This document shows, in pieces, positions 42,605 through 52,873 of a stretch of DNA of 63,147 bases. The stretch is from an uncultured Clostridia bacterium (GTDB lineage: Bacteria > Bacillota > Clostridia > TANB77 > CAG-508): assembly GCA_944388775.1 (NCBI GenBank), contig CALXKC010000003.1, forward strand, positions 1 through 63,147, given 5' to 3'. Under the pieces are notes generated by a model that made no database searches, had not been told where the DNA came from, and worked only from the letters and a program-made list of their open reading frames with translations. Each line of letters opens with the position of its first letter. The first letter of the stretch is position 1. The translations under genes and the position numbers were made by a program.

Positions 42605-43291
42605 ATGATTGAGTTTATTAGTTCTTGGGCAAAAAGTTTGGGATTAGCAATAGTTATAGTATCAATTTTAGAAATGTTGCTACCAAACAATAAAAATAAA
42701 AAATATATAAGGATGGTAATGGGGATTTATATATTATTTAATATAGTGTCACCATTTATAAGTAATAAAGATATATTTAATATAGATGATTTAGACATAG
42801 AAAAATATGCAATGGAACAGGAAACCTCATCACAATTAACAACAGAAGAAGTTGACCAAACCTCAATGAATAAAAGAATTGAAGAGTTATATATTAAAGA
42901 ATTAGAAAAAGATATAACTCAAAAATTAGAAGAACAAGGATATAAAGTAGAAAGTTGCAAAGTAAAAGCTACTATCTCAGATGAAGAGAACGAATCAGGG
43001 ATAGAAGAGATTAAAATTAAAGTCAAAAAGTCAGAAAATAGTGAACAACAAACTCAAAATAGTGAAAATCAAGAAGGAAACATAGAAAATAAAATAGTCA
43101 CTGAAATACAAAAAATCAAAAAAATAGACACAAGTATTAATAACGAAAATTCAAATAGTAGCACAACAAACGATACCAACAATGTCGATAATGAAAATAT
43201 CAGCGATGTATCAAAAGCAGACATTCAAAATATAAAAAAGTTTTTAATTGAAGAATATGAGGTGAACGAGAAATGCTTAAAGATAAATTAA
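42605..43291 (+). CDS. spoIIIAF: Stage III sporulation protein AF
   Basis: W.., ILEMLLP, KKYIRMVMG; operon position. Confidence 0.88.
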   Translation: MIEFISSWAKSLGLAIVIVSILEMLLPNNKNKKYIRMVMGIYILFNIVSPFISNKDIFNIDDLDIEKYAMEQETSSQLTTEEVDQTSMNKRIEELYIKELEKDITQKLEEQGYKVESCKVKATISDEENESGIEEIKIKVKKSENSEQQTQNSENQEGNIENKIVTEIQKIKKIDTSINNENSNSSTTNDTNNVDNENISDVSKADIQNIKKFLIEEYEVNEKCLKIN

Positions 43292-43905
43292 ATAAGTTAA
43301 TAGGCAAACACGAAAATGAAGGAGAAAACAATAATAAAAAGAAGATAGAAAATCTGGTTTTTTTAATAGTTCTGGTGATTATTACGGTCGTAATTATAAA
43401 TATAATATGGAATGGAGATAAGACAACCAATAAAGAACAATCAAATAATGATACGTCTAAACAATTAGCCACAACCAATAATCAAACAGTAAATCAAAAT
43501 CAAATTCAAGGAACAAGCGAAAGTAATTTAGAAACAAGATTAGAAGAAATTTTATCACAGATACAAGGAGTTGGAGAAGTGAAAGTTCTCTTGAATTATT
43601 CTGAATCAAGTGAAGTGGTAGCAATGTACAATGAAACTTCAAGAAGCAGCAATACACAAGAAACAGATACAGAAGGCGGATCAAGAACAATTCAAGAAAC
43701 GGACACACAGAAAGATATAATATATCAAGAGGAAAATGGAGAAAAAACACCAATAACACAAAAAATAGTGCAACCAAAAATTGAAGGAGCGATAATAACT
43801 GCAAAAGGAGCAAGTCAAGCTAATGTTAAGACTAACATTATTCAAGCAGTTGAAGCTGTAACAGGGCTAGCGACACATAAGATTCAGGTTTTTGAGATGA
43901 ACTAG
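43273..43905 (+). CDS. spoIIIAG: Stage III sporulation protein AG
   Basis: LEEILSQIQGVGEVKV, PKIEGAII.AKGA, HKIQV. Confidence 0.93.
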   Translation: MLKDKLNKLIGKHENEGENNNKKKIENLVFLIVLVIITVVIINIIWNGDKTTNKEQSNNDTSKQLATTNNQTVNQNQIQGTSESNLETRLEEILSQIQGVGEVKVLLNYSESSEVVAMYNETSRSSNTQETDTEGGSRTIQETDTQKDIIYQEENGEKTPITQKIVQPKIEGAIITAKGASQANVKTNIIQAVEAVTGLATHKIQVFEMN

Positions 43906-43948
43906 TGGGTTGAAAAATAATTACAATTTTGGCTACTATATGAAAAAA

Positions 43949-43988
43949 TGATCAAAACGGTCACTTCGAACCTGTCCCCAAAGTGACC
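43949..43988. repeat. Partial GGGAC element, TGACC subfamily
   Basis: TGATC-AAAAC-GGTCACTTCGAACCTGTCCCCAAAGTGACC, directly before the spoIIIAH RBS. Confidence 0.75.
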
Positions 43989-44004
43989 ACAAAAGGAGGA
44001 AATT

Positions 44005-44703
44005 ATGAAATTATTAAAGAAAAATCAAATTGTTATTTATGTAATTGCATTAATGTTAATGGCAGTTGCCTATTTAAATTATACAACAAATACAGCAGAA
44101 CAATCAGTACAAGCAAGCATGCAAATGGAAGCAAGAGACGATTCAAATACTGCAAACATTGGAGATGCAACATTAGTAAGCAGTAATGATGTTTTATCTA
44201 ATACGGATACTGTTAATGAATCTTCAGTTAATGATACCACTGCTAGTAATACAGAAAGTTCAAATACTATAAATAATGAAAATACTACAAATACAACAAG
44301 TGATAATTCTAATGACAATAGGGAAACTACACAGACGAATGCACAAACAAGTACAGATGATGACTATTTTACAAAGTCAAAATTAGAAAGAGATACTATG
44401 TATTCTCAAATGCTAGAAAGTTACGAAAATATATTAAATAGTACAAATAGCTTAGAAACGCAAAAACAATCAGCAACTGATGAAATTAAAAAAATAAATG
44501 ATACTAAAAATAGTATTATGATTTGTGAAAATTTGATTCAAACAAAAGGTTTTGAAAATAGTATAATTTTTGTAAATGGAGATAGTATAAGTGTTATTTT
44601 GAAAAGTGATGAATTAACTCAAGAAGAAGTTGCACAAGTGCAAAATATTATTTCAAGAGAGATGAATTGTGAAATTGAAAACATACATATTTCAACTAAA
44701 TAA
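44005..44703 (+). CDS. spoIIIAH: Stage III sporulation protein AH
   Basis: KKNQ..TM..YLNY, YF..KLER, ENLI.TKGF; last gene of the operon. Confidence 0.9.
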   Translation: MKLLKKNQIVIYVIALMLMAVAYLNYTTNTAEQSVQASMQMEARDDSNTANIGDATLVSSNDVLSNTDTVNESSVNDTTASNTESSNTINNENTTNTTSDNSNDNRETTQTNAQTSTDDDYFTKSKLERDTMYSQMLESYENILNSTNSLETQKQSATDEIKKINDTKNSIMICENLIQTKGFENSIIFVNGDSISVILKSDELTQEEVAQVQNIISREMNCEIENIHISTK

Positions 44704-44766
44704 AGTTATTAGATGTTTGTGAGAGATATAGATATAGTGTAACAAAAAATAAGAAAATGACAGAAA

Positions 44767-44973
44767 TTATGCGATTTTTTCTGTCATTTCACGTACATAT
44801 TTACCAAGTTCTTCATCTGTTAATTCTAATTCTCTAATTAATGATTTTAGCACATCTCTTCTAGGCAAATCTTCTTCATTATCTATTCTAACATATTGTC
44901 TTAAACTAATACCAAGAATAGAGGCCATCTTTTCTTGAGTATATTTTTTTGCTAATCTTTTTTCTTTTATCAT
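44767..44973 (-). CDS. XRE-family HTH regulator
   Basis: TQEKMASILGISLRQY.RI; RBS GAGGTG. Confidence 0.8.
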   Translation of the reverse strand: MIKEKRLAKKYTQEKMASILGISLRQYVRIDNEEDLPRRDVLKSLIRELELTDEELGKYVREMTEKIA

Positions 44974-45050
44974 AACTATCACCTCTTAGTAAAACTATAA
45001 AAATTATGTCATATTTTTGTCGAAAAATGTATTGACACTTAATGACATCG

Positions 45051-45100
45051 TTAGGGACGTGTCCCCAAAAAACAAAAAATCATCATTTTAGCATGTCCCA
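45051..45100. repeat. Degenerate GGGAC element
   Basis: TTAGGGACGTGTCCCC plus a second GTCCC exactly 34 nt downstream. Confidence 0.6.
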
Positions 45101-45193
45101 AAAAAGCAAAAAAATTTTTTGGAAAGTGTTGTAAAAATATTTTTTATTGATATAATAAGAAGGTGAGTGATGAAAAGAAAGGAATGATTTAAA

Positions 45194-46339
45194 ATGTTAA
45201 AGAAAGTAGGAATTCTTGCAAATGGAGGAGATGTTTCAGGTTTTAATGCTGTAATAAGAGCGATTGTAAAAACAGCTGAAAATCATGGAGTAGAATGTTA
45301 TGGAATAATAGATGGATATAATGGATTATTAAAAAAGAATTTTGAGCTATTATCAACAGCGGCAAATGGTGAAGCATTAGGAATATTACCAAAAGGAGGT
45401 TCAATAATAGGTTCTTCAACAAATTCAAACCTATTTAATTACAAAGTAGTAAATGAAGATGGAAGTGTTGAATATAAAGATTTATCTGACCAAGCAATAC
45501 AAAATATTAAAGATTTCGGATTTGATTGTATATTTACACTTGGAGGAGATGGTACACAAAAATCAGCAAGAGATTTTTCAACGAAAGGTGTTAATGTAAT
45601 TGGAGTGCCAAAAACAATAGATAATGATGTTGCATGTACAGAAATTACATTTGGATATAATACAGCTGTATCAGTTGCTATGGAAGCGTTAGACAGATTA
45701 CACACAACAGGAGCAACACATCATAGAATAATGGTACTTGAAGTTATGGGAAGATATGCTGGTTGGATTGCATTAGAATCAGCAATTGCAGGAGGAGCAG
45801 ATGTTGCATTAATTCCTGAAATTCCATATGATATAAATAGTGTTGTAAGTAAAATTGAAAACAGAAGAAAAAGAGGTAAAAACTTTAGTGTAGTTGTTGT
45901 AGCAGAAGGAGCAAAACCAAAAGATGGAGAAATAACTATTATGGGAACAAGAGATAATGGTGCAGGAGTTGACAATACAAAACTAGGTGGAATTGGACAA
46001 AAAATAGCACAGCAATTGCAAGAATTAACAGGATTAGAAGCAAGAAATACAACTTTAGGTTATATGCAAAGAGGTGGAACGCCAACAGCTTTTGATAGAG
46101 TCCTATCAACTAAATATGGAACAAAAGCAATGGAATTAGCTTTAGAAGGAAAATTTGGAACATTAGCAGTAATTAAAAATGGAAAATTAGATAGTGTATC
46201 ATTAGAAGAAGTTGTAGGAAAAAATACAAAAATTGGAGCAGTTTCAGGTAATACTGAAGAAAGTAATCTAAGAAGAGTTCAAATGGATGATGATTTGATG
46301 AAAACTGCAAGAGATATAGGAATTAATTTTGGAGACTAA
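45194..46339 (+). CDS. pfkA: 6-phosphofructokinase (mixed-substrate group III type)
   Basis: GGD, GGDGT, PKTIDND, EVMGR, GYMQRGG. Confidence 0.93.
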   Translation: MLKKVGILANGGDVSGFNAVIRAIVKTAENHGVECYGIIDGYNGLLKKNFELLSTAANGEALGILPKGGSIIGSSTNSNLFNYKVVNEDGSVEYKDLSDQAIQNIKDFGFDCIFTLGGDGTQKSARDFSTKGVNVIGVPKTIDNDVACTEITFGYNTAVSVAMEALDRLHTTGATHHRIMVLEVMGRYAGWIALESAIAGGADVALIPEIPYDINSVVSKIENRRKRGKNFSVVVVAEGAKPKDGEITIMGTRDNGAGVDNTKLGGIGQKIAQQLQELTGLEARNTTLGYMQRGGTPTAFDRVLSTKYGTKAMELALEGKFGTLAVIKNGKLDSVSLEEVVGKNTKIGAVSGNTEESNLRRVQMDDDLMKTARDIGINFGD

Positions 46340-46344
46340 TGGTC

Positions 46345-46382
46345 AGTATGGATAAATAAAATTTTATCCATACTATTTTTTT
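46345..46382 (+). terminator. Intrinsic terminator after pfkA
   Basis: AGTATGGATAAA / TTTATCCATACT plus T tract. Confidence 0.78.
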
Positions 46383-46485
46383 ACAATCATATTACATTTA
46401 TATTACGTTTCTGTTATTTTAATTGTAAAAAAAGGTTATTATGTTATAATTTGGGTAGAATAAAATTACGAAGGAGGAACGTAGA

Positions 46486-47652
46486 ATGTTAAAATCAAAT
46501 GTTGCATGGAGTACAAATGAAGACAGCTATACACAAGGAAAGGAAACTGCAGAAAAAGCAGTAGTAGATTTAGTTCAAACAAAAGTAGCATTTTTATACA
46601 CATCAGTAGATAGTGATGTAAAAAAAGTTTTAGAAGGTGCTAAATCAGAATTAGGAACAGCACCAATCATAGGATGCACATCTAGTGCTGGAATAATAAC
46701 ACCAGACGGATTTATTTCAGGAGAAAAAGGATTCACAGGAATTTTAGCTCTAGGAGATCCAGAATTAGAAGTTGGAGTAGCAGGTTCAGCAAAACAAAAA
46801 ACAGCAAGAGAAACAGGAAGAAAAGTTGCTGAAGAAGCTATGAAAAAAGCAGGTAAAGATGTACCACCAGCATATTTTTATATGGTTGCATCACCAGGAG
46901 AAGAAGAAGACTATGTAAAAGGAATTGAAGATGTAATAGGTAGAGTTCCAATCTTTGGTGGAAGTGCAGCAGATAATACTGTTGAAGGAAAATGGAGTAT
47001 TTATACAAATGATTCAGTATTCAATGATGGAGTTGCAGTAGCATTTTTCTACACAGATAAACCAATGGCAAATGTATTTACAGGAGAATACAATGAAACA
47101 ACAAATTCAGGAGTAATCACAAAAGTTAAAGATAAAAGAACATTAGTAGAAATTGATGGAGTACCAGCAATTAAAAAATATGCAGAATGGACAGGAGCAA
47201 AATTAAAAGACCTAGACGCAAATAATTTATTAGTAACAACAATAACAAAACCTTTAGGAGTTAAAGATAGATTAGGAGATTTAGTTGCAATAAGACACCC
47301 AATGTATGGAAACAAAGACAAATCAATGAATATAGGAGCAAACCTTGCAGAAAATACAGCAATAATCCAAATGGAAGCAACTGTTGATGAACTTATCAAT
47401 TCAACAGGAAAAACAATGAAAGAAGTAAATAAAGAACTACCAACAGACGCAGGAGCATACCTATTAGTTCACTGTGGTGGAAGAAGATTAGGAATTGGAG
47501 ATAGAATTGATGAAGTTGCAAAACAATTGAAAAAAGAAGCAAAAGGAGTTCCATTTATTGCAGTATTCACATTTGGTGAATATGGTGTATATGACCACGG
47601 TTCAAACACAACAGGAGGTTTAATGCTTTCATTTACAGCATTCGGTAAATGA
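46486..47652 (+). CDS. Stand-alone FIST N/C domain protein
   Basis: IIGCTSS, IFGGSAAD, EIDG.PA..Y, C.GR, FTFGE. Confidence 0.85.
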   Translation: MLKSNVAWSTNEDSYTQGKETAEKAVVDLVQTKVAFLYTSVDSDVKKVLEGAKSELGTAPIIGCTSSAGIITPDGFISGEKGFTGILALGDPELEVGVAGSAKQKTARETGRKVAEEAMKKAGKDVPPAYFYMVASPGEEEDYVKGIEDVIGRVPIFGGSAADNTVEGKWSIYTNDSVFNDGVAVAFFYTDKPMANVFTGEYNETTNSGVITKVKDKRTLVEIDGVPAIKKYAEWTGAKLKDLDANNLLVTTITKPLGVKDRLGDLVAIRHPMYGNKDKSMNIGANLAENTAIIQMEATVDELINSTGKTMKEVNKELPTDAGAYLLVHCGGRRLGIGDRIDEVAKQLKKEAKGVPFIAVFTFGEYGVYDHGSNTTGGLMLSFTAFGK

Positions 47653-47685
47653 AGAGATCTTAATTATAAAAAGGAGGGAGCAACT

Positions 47686-49119
47686 GTGAAAAATTTAATA
47701 GGATATGAATGGAAAGAAGCATCTAATGGAGCTACAATAGAAGTTGTTAATCCAGCAACTCAAGAATTAATTGATACAGTTCCAAATGTTACAGATGAAG
47801 ATGTAGATACAGCAGTAAAAGTAGCTGTGGAAGAACAAAAGAAATGGGAAAAAGTATCAATCTATGATAGAGCAGATATATTATATAAATTTGTTGATTT
47901 AGTAGAGGAAAATAAAGAAAGATTAGCAACATTATTATCAAATGAAACAGGAAAACCAATCAAAGAGGCAAGAGCAGAAGTTGCAAATGTTAGAATTGGA
48001 ACAAGAGGATTTATAGAAAAAGCAAAACATTTCTATGGAGAAAGCATACCAGCAGGAAGTGAAGCTGGACAAGAAACAACAATGCAAATAACAAAAAGAT
48101 ACCCAATAGGAGTAATTGCAGCAATAATTCCTTTCAACTTCCCAAGTGACTTATTCTGCCAAAAAGTGCCACCAGCATTAATGATGGGAAATAGCATAAT
48201 AGTAAAACCATCAAACTACAACCCATTAACATTAATTGAATATGTAAAATTAATGATTGAAGCAGGAGTACCAGCAGGATGTATTCAAATATTAACAGGA
48301 GATGGACCAACAGCAGGTCAAGCGTTAGCAAGACATCCAGGAGTTCACTTAGTATCATTAACAGGTGGAACAGCAGCTGGAATCCAAACAATGGGAACAT
48401 GTTCTCAAAACTTAACACATGTAATGCTAGAACTTGGTGGAAATGATGCATTCATCTTCTTAGAAGATGGAGATATGGATTTAGCAGTGAAAGAAACAAT
48501 CTGGGGAAGATTATATAATGGTGGACAAGTATGTTGCGCAAGTAAACGTTTCTTAATTCACAATTCAAGAAAACAAGAATTTATAGATAGAATGAAAGAA
48601 GTAATAGCAAACTTAAAAGTTGGAGACCCAATGCAAGAAGATACAGACATGGGACCAATGATTAATATAAATGCTGCAAAAAGAATAGAAGATCAAGTAA
48701 ATCAAATGGTTTCAGAAGGTGCAACAATTGTATGTGGAGGAAAAAGAGAAGATGCATACTACTATCCAACAATACTTGACAATGTAACAAAAGACATGGA
48801 AGTTGCAAAAGACATGGAAATATTTGGACCAGTAATATCTGTAATTGGATTTGACGATGTAGAAGAAGCAATTGAAATTGCAAACCAATCATCATATGGA
48901 TTATGTGGATGTGTAATATCAAAAGACTACTCAAGAGCAATGAAAATAGCAGACAGACTAGAATGTGGAGGAGCAGTAGTAAATGGAGCAAGTTTCTATC
49001 GTTCATTTGAAATGCCATTTGGAGGCTGGAAACATTCTGGAATTGGAAACGAGGGTGTAGCTACTACACTTGCAGAAATGTCAAGGTTAAAGACAATAGT
49101 GCTAAAAAATATACTTTAG
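47686..49119 (+). CDS. Aldehyde dehydrogenase (lactaldehyde-dehydrogenase-like)
   Basis: PFNFP, KPS, LTGG, LELGGND, GQVC catalytic Cys, EIFGPV, PFGG.K.SG.G.EG. Confidence 0.92.
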   Translation: MKNLIGYEWKEASNGATIEVVNPATQELIDTVPNVTDEDVDTAVKVAVEEQKKWEKVSIYDRADILYKFVDLVEENKERLATLLSNETGKPIKEARAEVANVRIGTRGFIEKAKHFYGESIPAGSEAGQETTMQITKRYPIGVIAAIIPFNFPSDLFCQKVPPALMMGNSIIVKPSNYNPLTLIEYVKLMIEAGVPAGCIQILTGDGPTAGQALARHPGVHLVSLTGGTAAGIQTMGTCSQNLTHVMLELGGNDAFIFLEDGDMDLAVKETIWGRLYNGGQVCCASKRFLIHNSRKQEFIDRMKEVIANLKVGDPMQEDTDMGPMININAAKRIEDQVNQMVSEGATIVCGGKREDAYYYPTILDNVTKDMEVAKDMEIFGPVISVIGFDDVEEAIEIANQSSYGLCGCVISKDYSRAMKIADRLECGGAVVNGASFYRSFEMPFGGWKHSGIGNEGVATTLAEMSRLKTIVLKNIL

Positions 49120-49176
49120 AGGGATTTTGGGGACGGTCCTAAAAATCCCTAAAATCAGGGATTTAGGGACGGACCT
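49120..49176. repeat. GGGAC element, GGGAT/ATCCC subfamily, directly after the ALDH TAG stop
   Basis: GGGAT-TTTG-GGGAC-GGTCCTAAAA-ATCCC-TAAAATCA-GGGAT-TTA-GGGAC-GGACCT; spacing 36. Confidence 0.8.
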
Positions 49177-49259
49177 TGAAAAGAGGGGATTAGAAAAAGC
49201 AATTTCAATCCCTTCTATGTATGTAATAAACAACTAAATGAGAAAGGAACAATATTATT

Positions 49260-49922
49260 ATGGATAAAAAGAAAAAGATAATTATAATTTCTGTTGTATC
49301 TTTAGTTATAATCGCATTAATTGTTGGACTTATAATTTTCTTTGTTACGAGAAATAATAATGGTGAAGAAGCAACGACGATTGCATCAAATTCATCCAAA
49401 ATAGCTAAATTATATGACGATTTAAACAAGGAGCAATCATTTAGTTTTACGACAACACTTGATGATAATAACAAAGAAATCTATGCAAAAAATGGCAATA
49501 CCGCATATACAGATACAATATATGATGGAGAAGAATCAAAATTCATCATAAGAGATGGAAACTCATATTTATTAAGAGATTCTGATAAAGTTTACTACAC
49601 ATATCAAAATAATGAAGTTAATCTAAATAAAATATTAGAACAGCTTAATGAAATTAAAGATACTGAGTTAGTAGAAGGTAAAGAAGAAATTGAAGGCAAA
49701 AATTACAATTATGAAGAATATACAGGTATTACAAATTTTGCAATCAAATTAACTGATGAGAATAACTCAGAAAACGTAAAAACTAGATTTTATTTTGATG
49801 GAAATGATTTAGTATATATAAAAACAATTGTAGAAAATAACCAAGAATTATTGAGAGTTGAAATTTCTAATGACGTAGATAGCAATCTATTTGAAATACC
49901 AAATGACTATGTGAGTCGTTAG
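49260..49922 (+). CDS. Membrane-anchored hypothetical protein
   Basis: Lys-rich start, single TM, beta-rich domain ending LFEIP.DY. Confidence 0.72.
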   Translation: MDKKKKIIIISVVSLVIIALIVGLIIFFVTRNNNGEEATTIASNSSKIAKLYDDLNKEQSFSFTTTLDDNNKEIYAKNGNTAYTDTIYDGEESKFIIRDGNSYLLRDSDKVYYTYQNNEVNLNKILEQLNEIKDTELVEGKEEIEGKNYNYEEYTGITNFAIKLTDENNSENVKTRFYFDGNDLVYIKTIVENNQELLRVEISNDVDSNLFEIPNDYVSR

Positions 49923-50009
49923 GGACGTGCCTTAATAATATTGCTTAAAAAATTTAATGGGAGGTGTGTCCCTTTTGTTTCAAAATGAAACGATTTGGCA
50001 CGTCCCCAA
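49918..50009. repeat. GGGAC fragment in the TAG stop plus a full inverted GTTTCA-subfamily element before the fucO RBS
   Basis: TAGGGACGTGCC (49920); GGTGTGTCCCTTTTGTTTCAAAATGAAACGATTTGGCACGTCCCC (49963-50007), the near-exact reverse complement of the element at 3140. Confidence 0.87.
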
Positions 50010-50027
50010 AAGAAGGAGGAATTTAAA

Positions 50028-51188
50028 ATGGCAACAAAATTTGTTTTAAATGAAACATCATATTTCGGAAAAGGAGCAAGAGAAGAATTAGCAGGAGAAA
50101 TCCAAAAAAGAGGTTTCAAAAAAGTATTTTTAGTAAGTGATAAATCTTTAGTAGAAGCTGGTGTAACAGCAAAAGTTGAGGAGGTTCTAAATAAAGCAAA
50201 TATTCCATATGTTTTATATGATGAAATAAAACCAAACCCAACTATAAAAAATGTAACAGATGGAGTTGAAGCTTGTAAGAAAGCTGAAGCTGATTTAATT
50301 GTAGCAGTAGGTGGAGGTTCAAGTATAGATACAGCAAAAGGAATTTCAATTGTAATGACAAATCCAGAAAGAAGTGATATTAAATCTTTAAATGGAGCAT
50401 CTAACACAGTAAATAGAGGAATGCCACTTATAGCATTACCTACAACAGCTGGAACAGCAGCAGAAGTTACAATTAACTACGTTATAACAGACGAAGATGC
50501 TGAAATCAAAATGGTTTGTGTAGATCCAAATGATATTCCAATTTTAGCAATAATAGACTCTGAATTAATGGCATCAATGCCAAAAGGATTAGCAGCAGCA
50601 ACAGGTATGGACGCACTAACACATGCAGTTGAAGGATATATAACAAAAGCACATAATGAGATGTCAGATATGTTTCATATGAAGGCTATAAAAATGATAT
50701 TTAAATATCTACCAGCAGCCGTAAATGAAAAAGATCCAGAAGCAGTTGAAATGATGGGACTTGCTCAATATATAGCAGGTATGGGATTTTCAAATGTAGG
50801 ACTTGGAATAGTTCATTCAATGGCTCACCAATTAGGTGCTGTATATGATACACCACATGGAATAGCAAATGCTATGTTACTTCCAACAGTTATGAGATTT
50901 AATGGAGAAGACCCTGCAACAGCCCAAAGATTTAGAGAAATTTTAATGAATATAGGTAGACCTGATGCTGAACACTTAAATGACCAAGATGTTATAAATA
51001 CTTTTGTATGGATGATTTCTGAATTAAGTAAAGCAGTTGGAATTACAACTACTATTAAAGATTATGGCGCTAAAGAAGAGGATTTCGAAATGCTTGCTGA
51101 AAAAGCTATGAATGATCCTTGTAAGCCAGGAAATCCAAGAGATGTTTCTAAAGAAGATTTTATTGAATTATATAGAAGAGCTATGTAA
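50028..51188 (+). CDS. fucO: Lactaldehyde reductase (iron-containing alcohol dehydrogenase)
   Basis: LNETSYFG, GGGSSID, PTTAGTAAEVT, DALTHA.EG, HSMAH, PHG.AN. Confidence 0.88.
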   Translation: MATKFVLNETSYFGKGAREELAGEIQKRGFKKVFLVSDKSLVEAGVTAKVEEVLNKANIPYVLYDEIKPNPTIKNVTDGVEACKKAEADLIVAVGGGSSIDTAKGISIVMTNPERSDIKSLNGASNTVNRGMPLIALPTTAGTAAEVTINYVITDEDAEIKMVCVDPNDIPILAIIDSELMASMPKGLAAATGMDALTHAVEGYITKAHNEMSDMFHMKAIKMIFKYLPAAVNEKDPEAVEMMGLAQYIAGMGFSNVGLGIVHSMAHQLGAVYDTPHGIANAMLLPTVMRFNGEDPATAQRFREILMNIGRPDAEHLNDQDVINTFVWMISELSKAVGITTTIKDYGAKEEDFEMLAEKAMNDPCKPGNPRDVSKEDFIELYRRAM

Positions 51189-51372
51189 TTATTAAATAGC
51201 AAGTATATTACTGAGTCGCAAAATTTGATTTTGTGGCTCTTTTTTCCTTCGAATAAATGTAAAATTTTAAAAATATTCCTTTGAAAAATGTGAAAATATT
51301 TAAAATTTTCGTTTGAATTTATGTAATAAATATGCTATAATATGTATATAATAACAGAGGAGAGTGATTTTT

Positions 51373-52675
51373 ATGTATCGTGAAAAATTAAAAGAACTCG
51401 AACTATGGAAAAATTCAAACGATAGAAAGCCACTTATTATTAGAGGAGCTAGACAAGTAGGTAAAACTTGGATAATGCAAGAATTCGGAAATAAAAATTA
51501 TGAAAAAGTTGCATATATAAATTTTGATGGAAATGAAAGAATGGAAAGATTATTCCAAGGTGATTTTGATATAGAAAGATTAATTGAAGGATTAAAAATA
51601 GAAACAGGTGTAAACATCGAAAAAGAAAATACATTATTAATTTTTGATGAAGTACAAGAAGTACCAAAAGCATTGACATCGTTAAAATACTTTTATGAAA
51701 ATGCTAATGAATATAATATTATAGCAGCAGGTTCATTACTTCGGTGTAGCTTTACATGAAGGAACATCATTCCCTGTTGGAAAAGTTGATTTTATGGATT
51801 TATATCCATTAAACTTCAAAGAGTTTCTTATAGCAATAGGAGAAGAAGAACTTTCAAAATTAATAGATAAAAAAGATTGGAATTTAATCAATATTTTTAA
51901 AGACAAATATATTGATTTATTAAGAAAATATTATTTCATTGGTGGAATGCCAGCAGCAATAAACAAATATATTGAAACAACAGATTTTAAACAAGTAAGA
52001 AAGACTCAAAATCAACTATTGAAAGCATATGAAGAAGATTTTTCAAAACATGCACCTAGTGAAATAGTACCAAGATTAAAAATGTTATGGAATAGCATAC
52101 CAGCTCAATTGGCTAAAGAAAATAAAAAATTTATTTATGGACTAATAAAAGAAGGAGCAAGAGCTAGAGAATATGAACTGGCATTATCATGGTTAATTGA
52201 TTGTGGACTTGTATATAAAATTGATAGAATCAATAAACCTAATATTCCACTTATTGCATATCAAGATACAAGTGCATTTAAACTATATACTTTTGATGTA
52301 GGTCTTTTAGGAGCAATGACAAAAATAGATGAGAAAATTCTATTAGAAGGTAGCAAGATTTTTACAGAATTTAAAGGTTCATTCACTGAACAATTTGTCT
52401 TAACAGAATTAAAGTCAAACAAGGATATCCCTATTTTTTATTGGTCAGCTGAAAAAGCAACAGCAGAAGTTGATTTTATTATACAATTAGGAATTGATGT
52501 TGTTCCAATTGAAGTAAAGGCAGAACAAAATTTAAAAGCCAAAAGTTTAAAAGAGTTTGTAACAAAATATAATACCACAAAGAATGTAAGAACATCCATG
52601 GCGGAATATAAAAAAGAAGAATGGTTAATTAATATACCACTTTACGCAATAGGAGAAATTGAAAAAATTATTTAA
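51373..52675 (+). CDS. AAA_14/DUF4143 ATPase, interrupted by a +1 shift at CGG (51742)
   Basis: Upstream frame: GARQVGKT, FDEVQ, AAGSLL. Downstream frame: G-VALHEGTSFPVGKV, GGMP, KLY.FDVG, EVDF, PIEVK. Confidence 0.88.
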
Positions 52676-52749
52676 ATATAGTAATAATTGAAAAGCTAAA
52701 AATACAAGTTCTATATATAATAGAATTTGTATTTTTTTGTTTAAAAGTA

Positions 52750-52804
52750 TTGACAAAAAAATATTAAAAGAATAAAATGAATACATGAACAAATAATCAT
52801 ATAT
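52750..52804 (+). promoter_or_regulatory. cadCA promoter with ArsR/SmtB-type operator
   Basis: TTGACA-17-TAAAAT followed by the imperfect dyad ACATGAACAAATAATCATAT. Confidence 0.7.
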
Positions 52805-52823
52805 TAATACAAATATAATAAAA

Positions 52824-52873
52824 GTGGCGTCCCTAAAGTGACCAAAAATGGTCAGTCCGAACCTGAACTGACC
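52824..52873. repeat. GGGAC element, TGACC subfamily, in the cadC leader
   Basis: GTGGCGTCCCTAAAGTGACCAAAAATGGTCAGTCCGAACCTGAACTGACC. Confidence 0.82.

Noticed and set aside
14979-50027. N-terminal ORF extensions of scpA (14979), spoIIIAD (40803), spoIIIAE (41232) and fucO (49995), and the ORF at 43983
   Set aside because: They start within or at the edge of GGGAC repeats; RBS-supported ATGs lie downstream.
3141-52833. GGGAC motifs as restriction or methylation sites or simple terminators
   Set aside because: Fixed 34-36-nt pairing, covarying hairpins and linkage to the RAYT argue for a repeat family; most copies lack U-tracts, and separate terminators exist.
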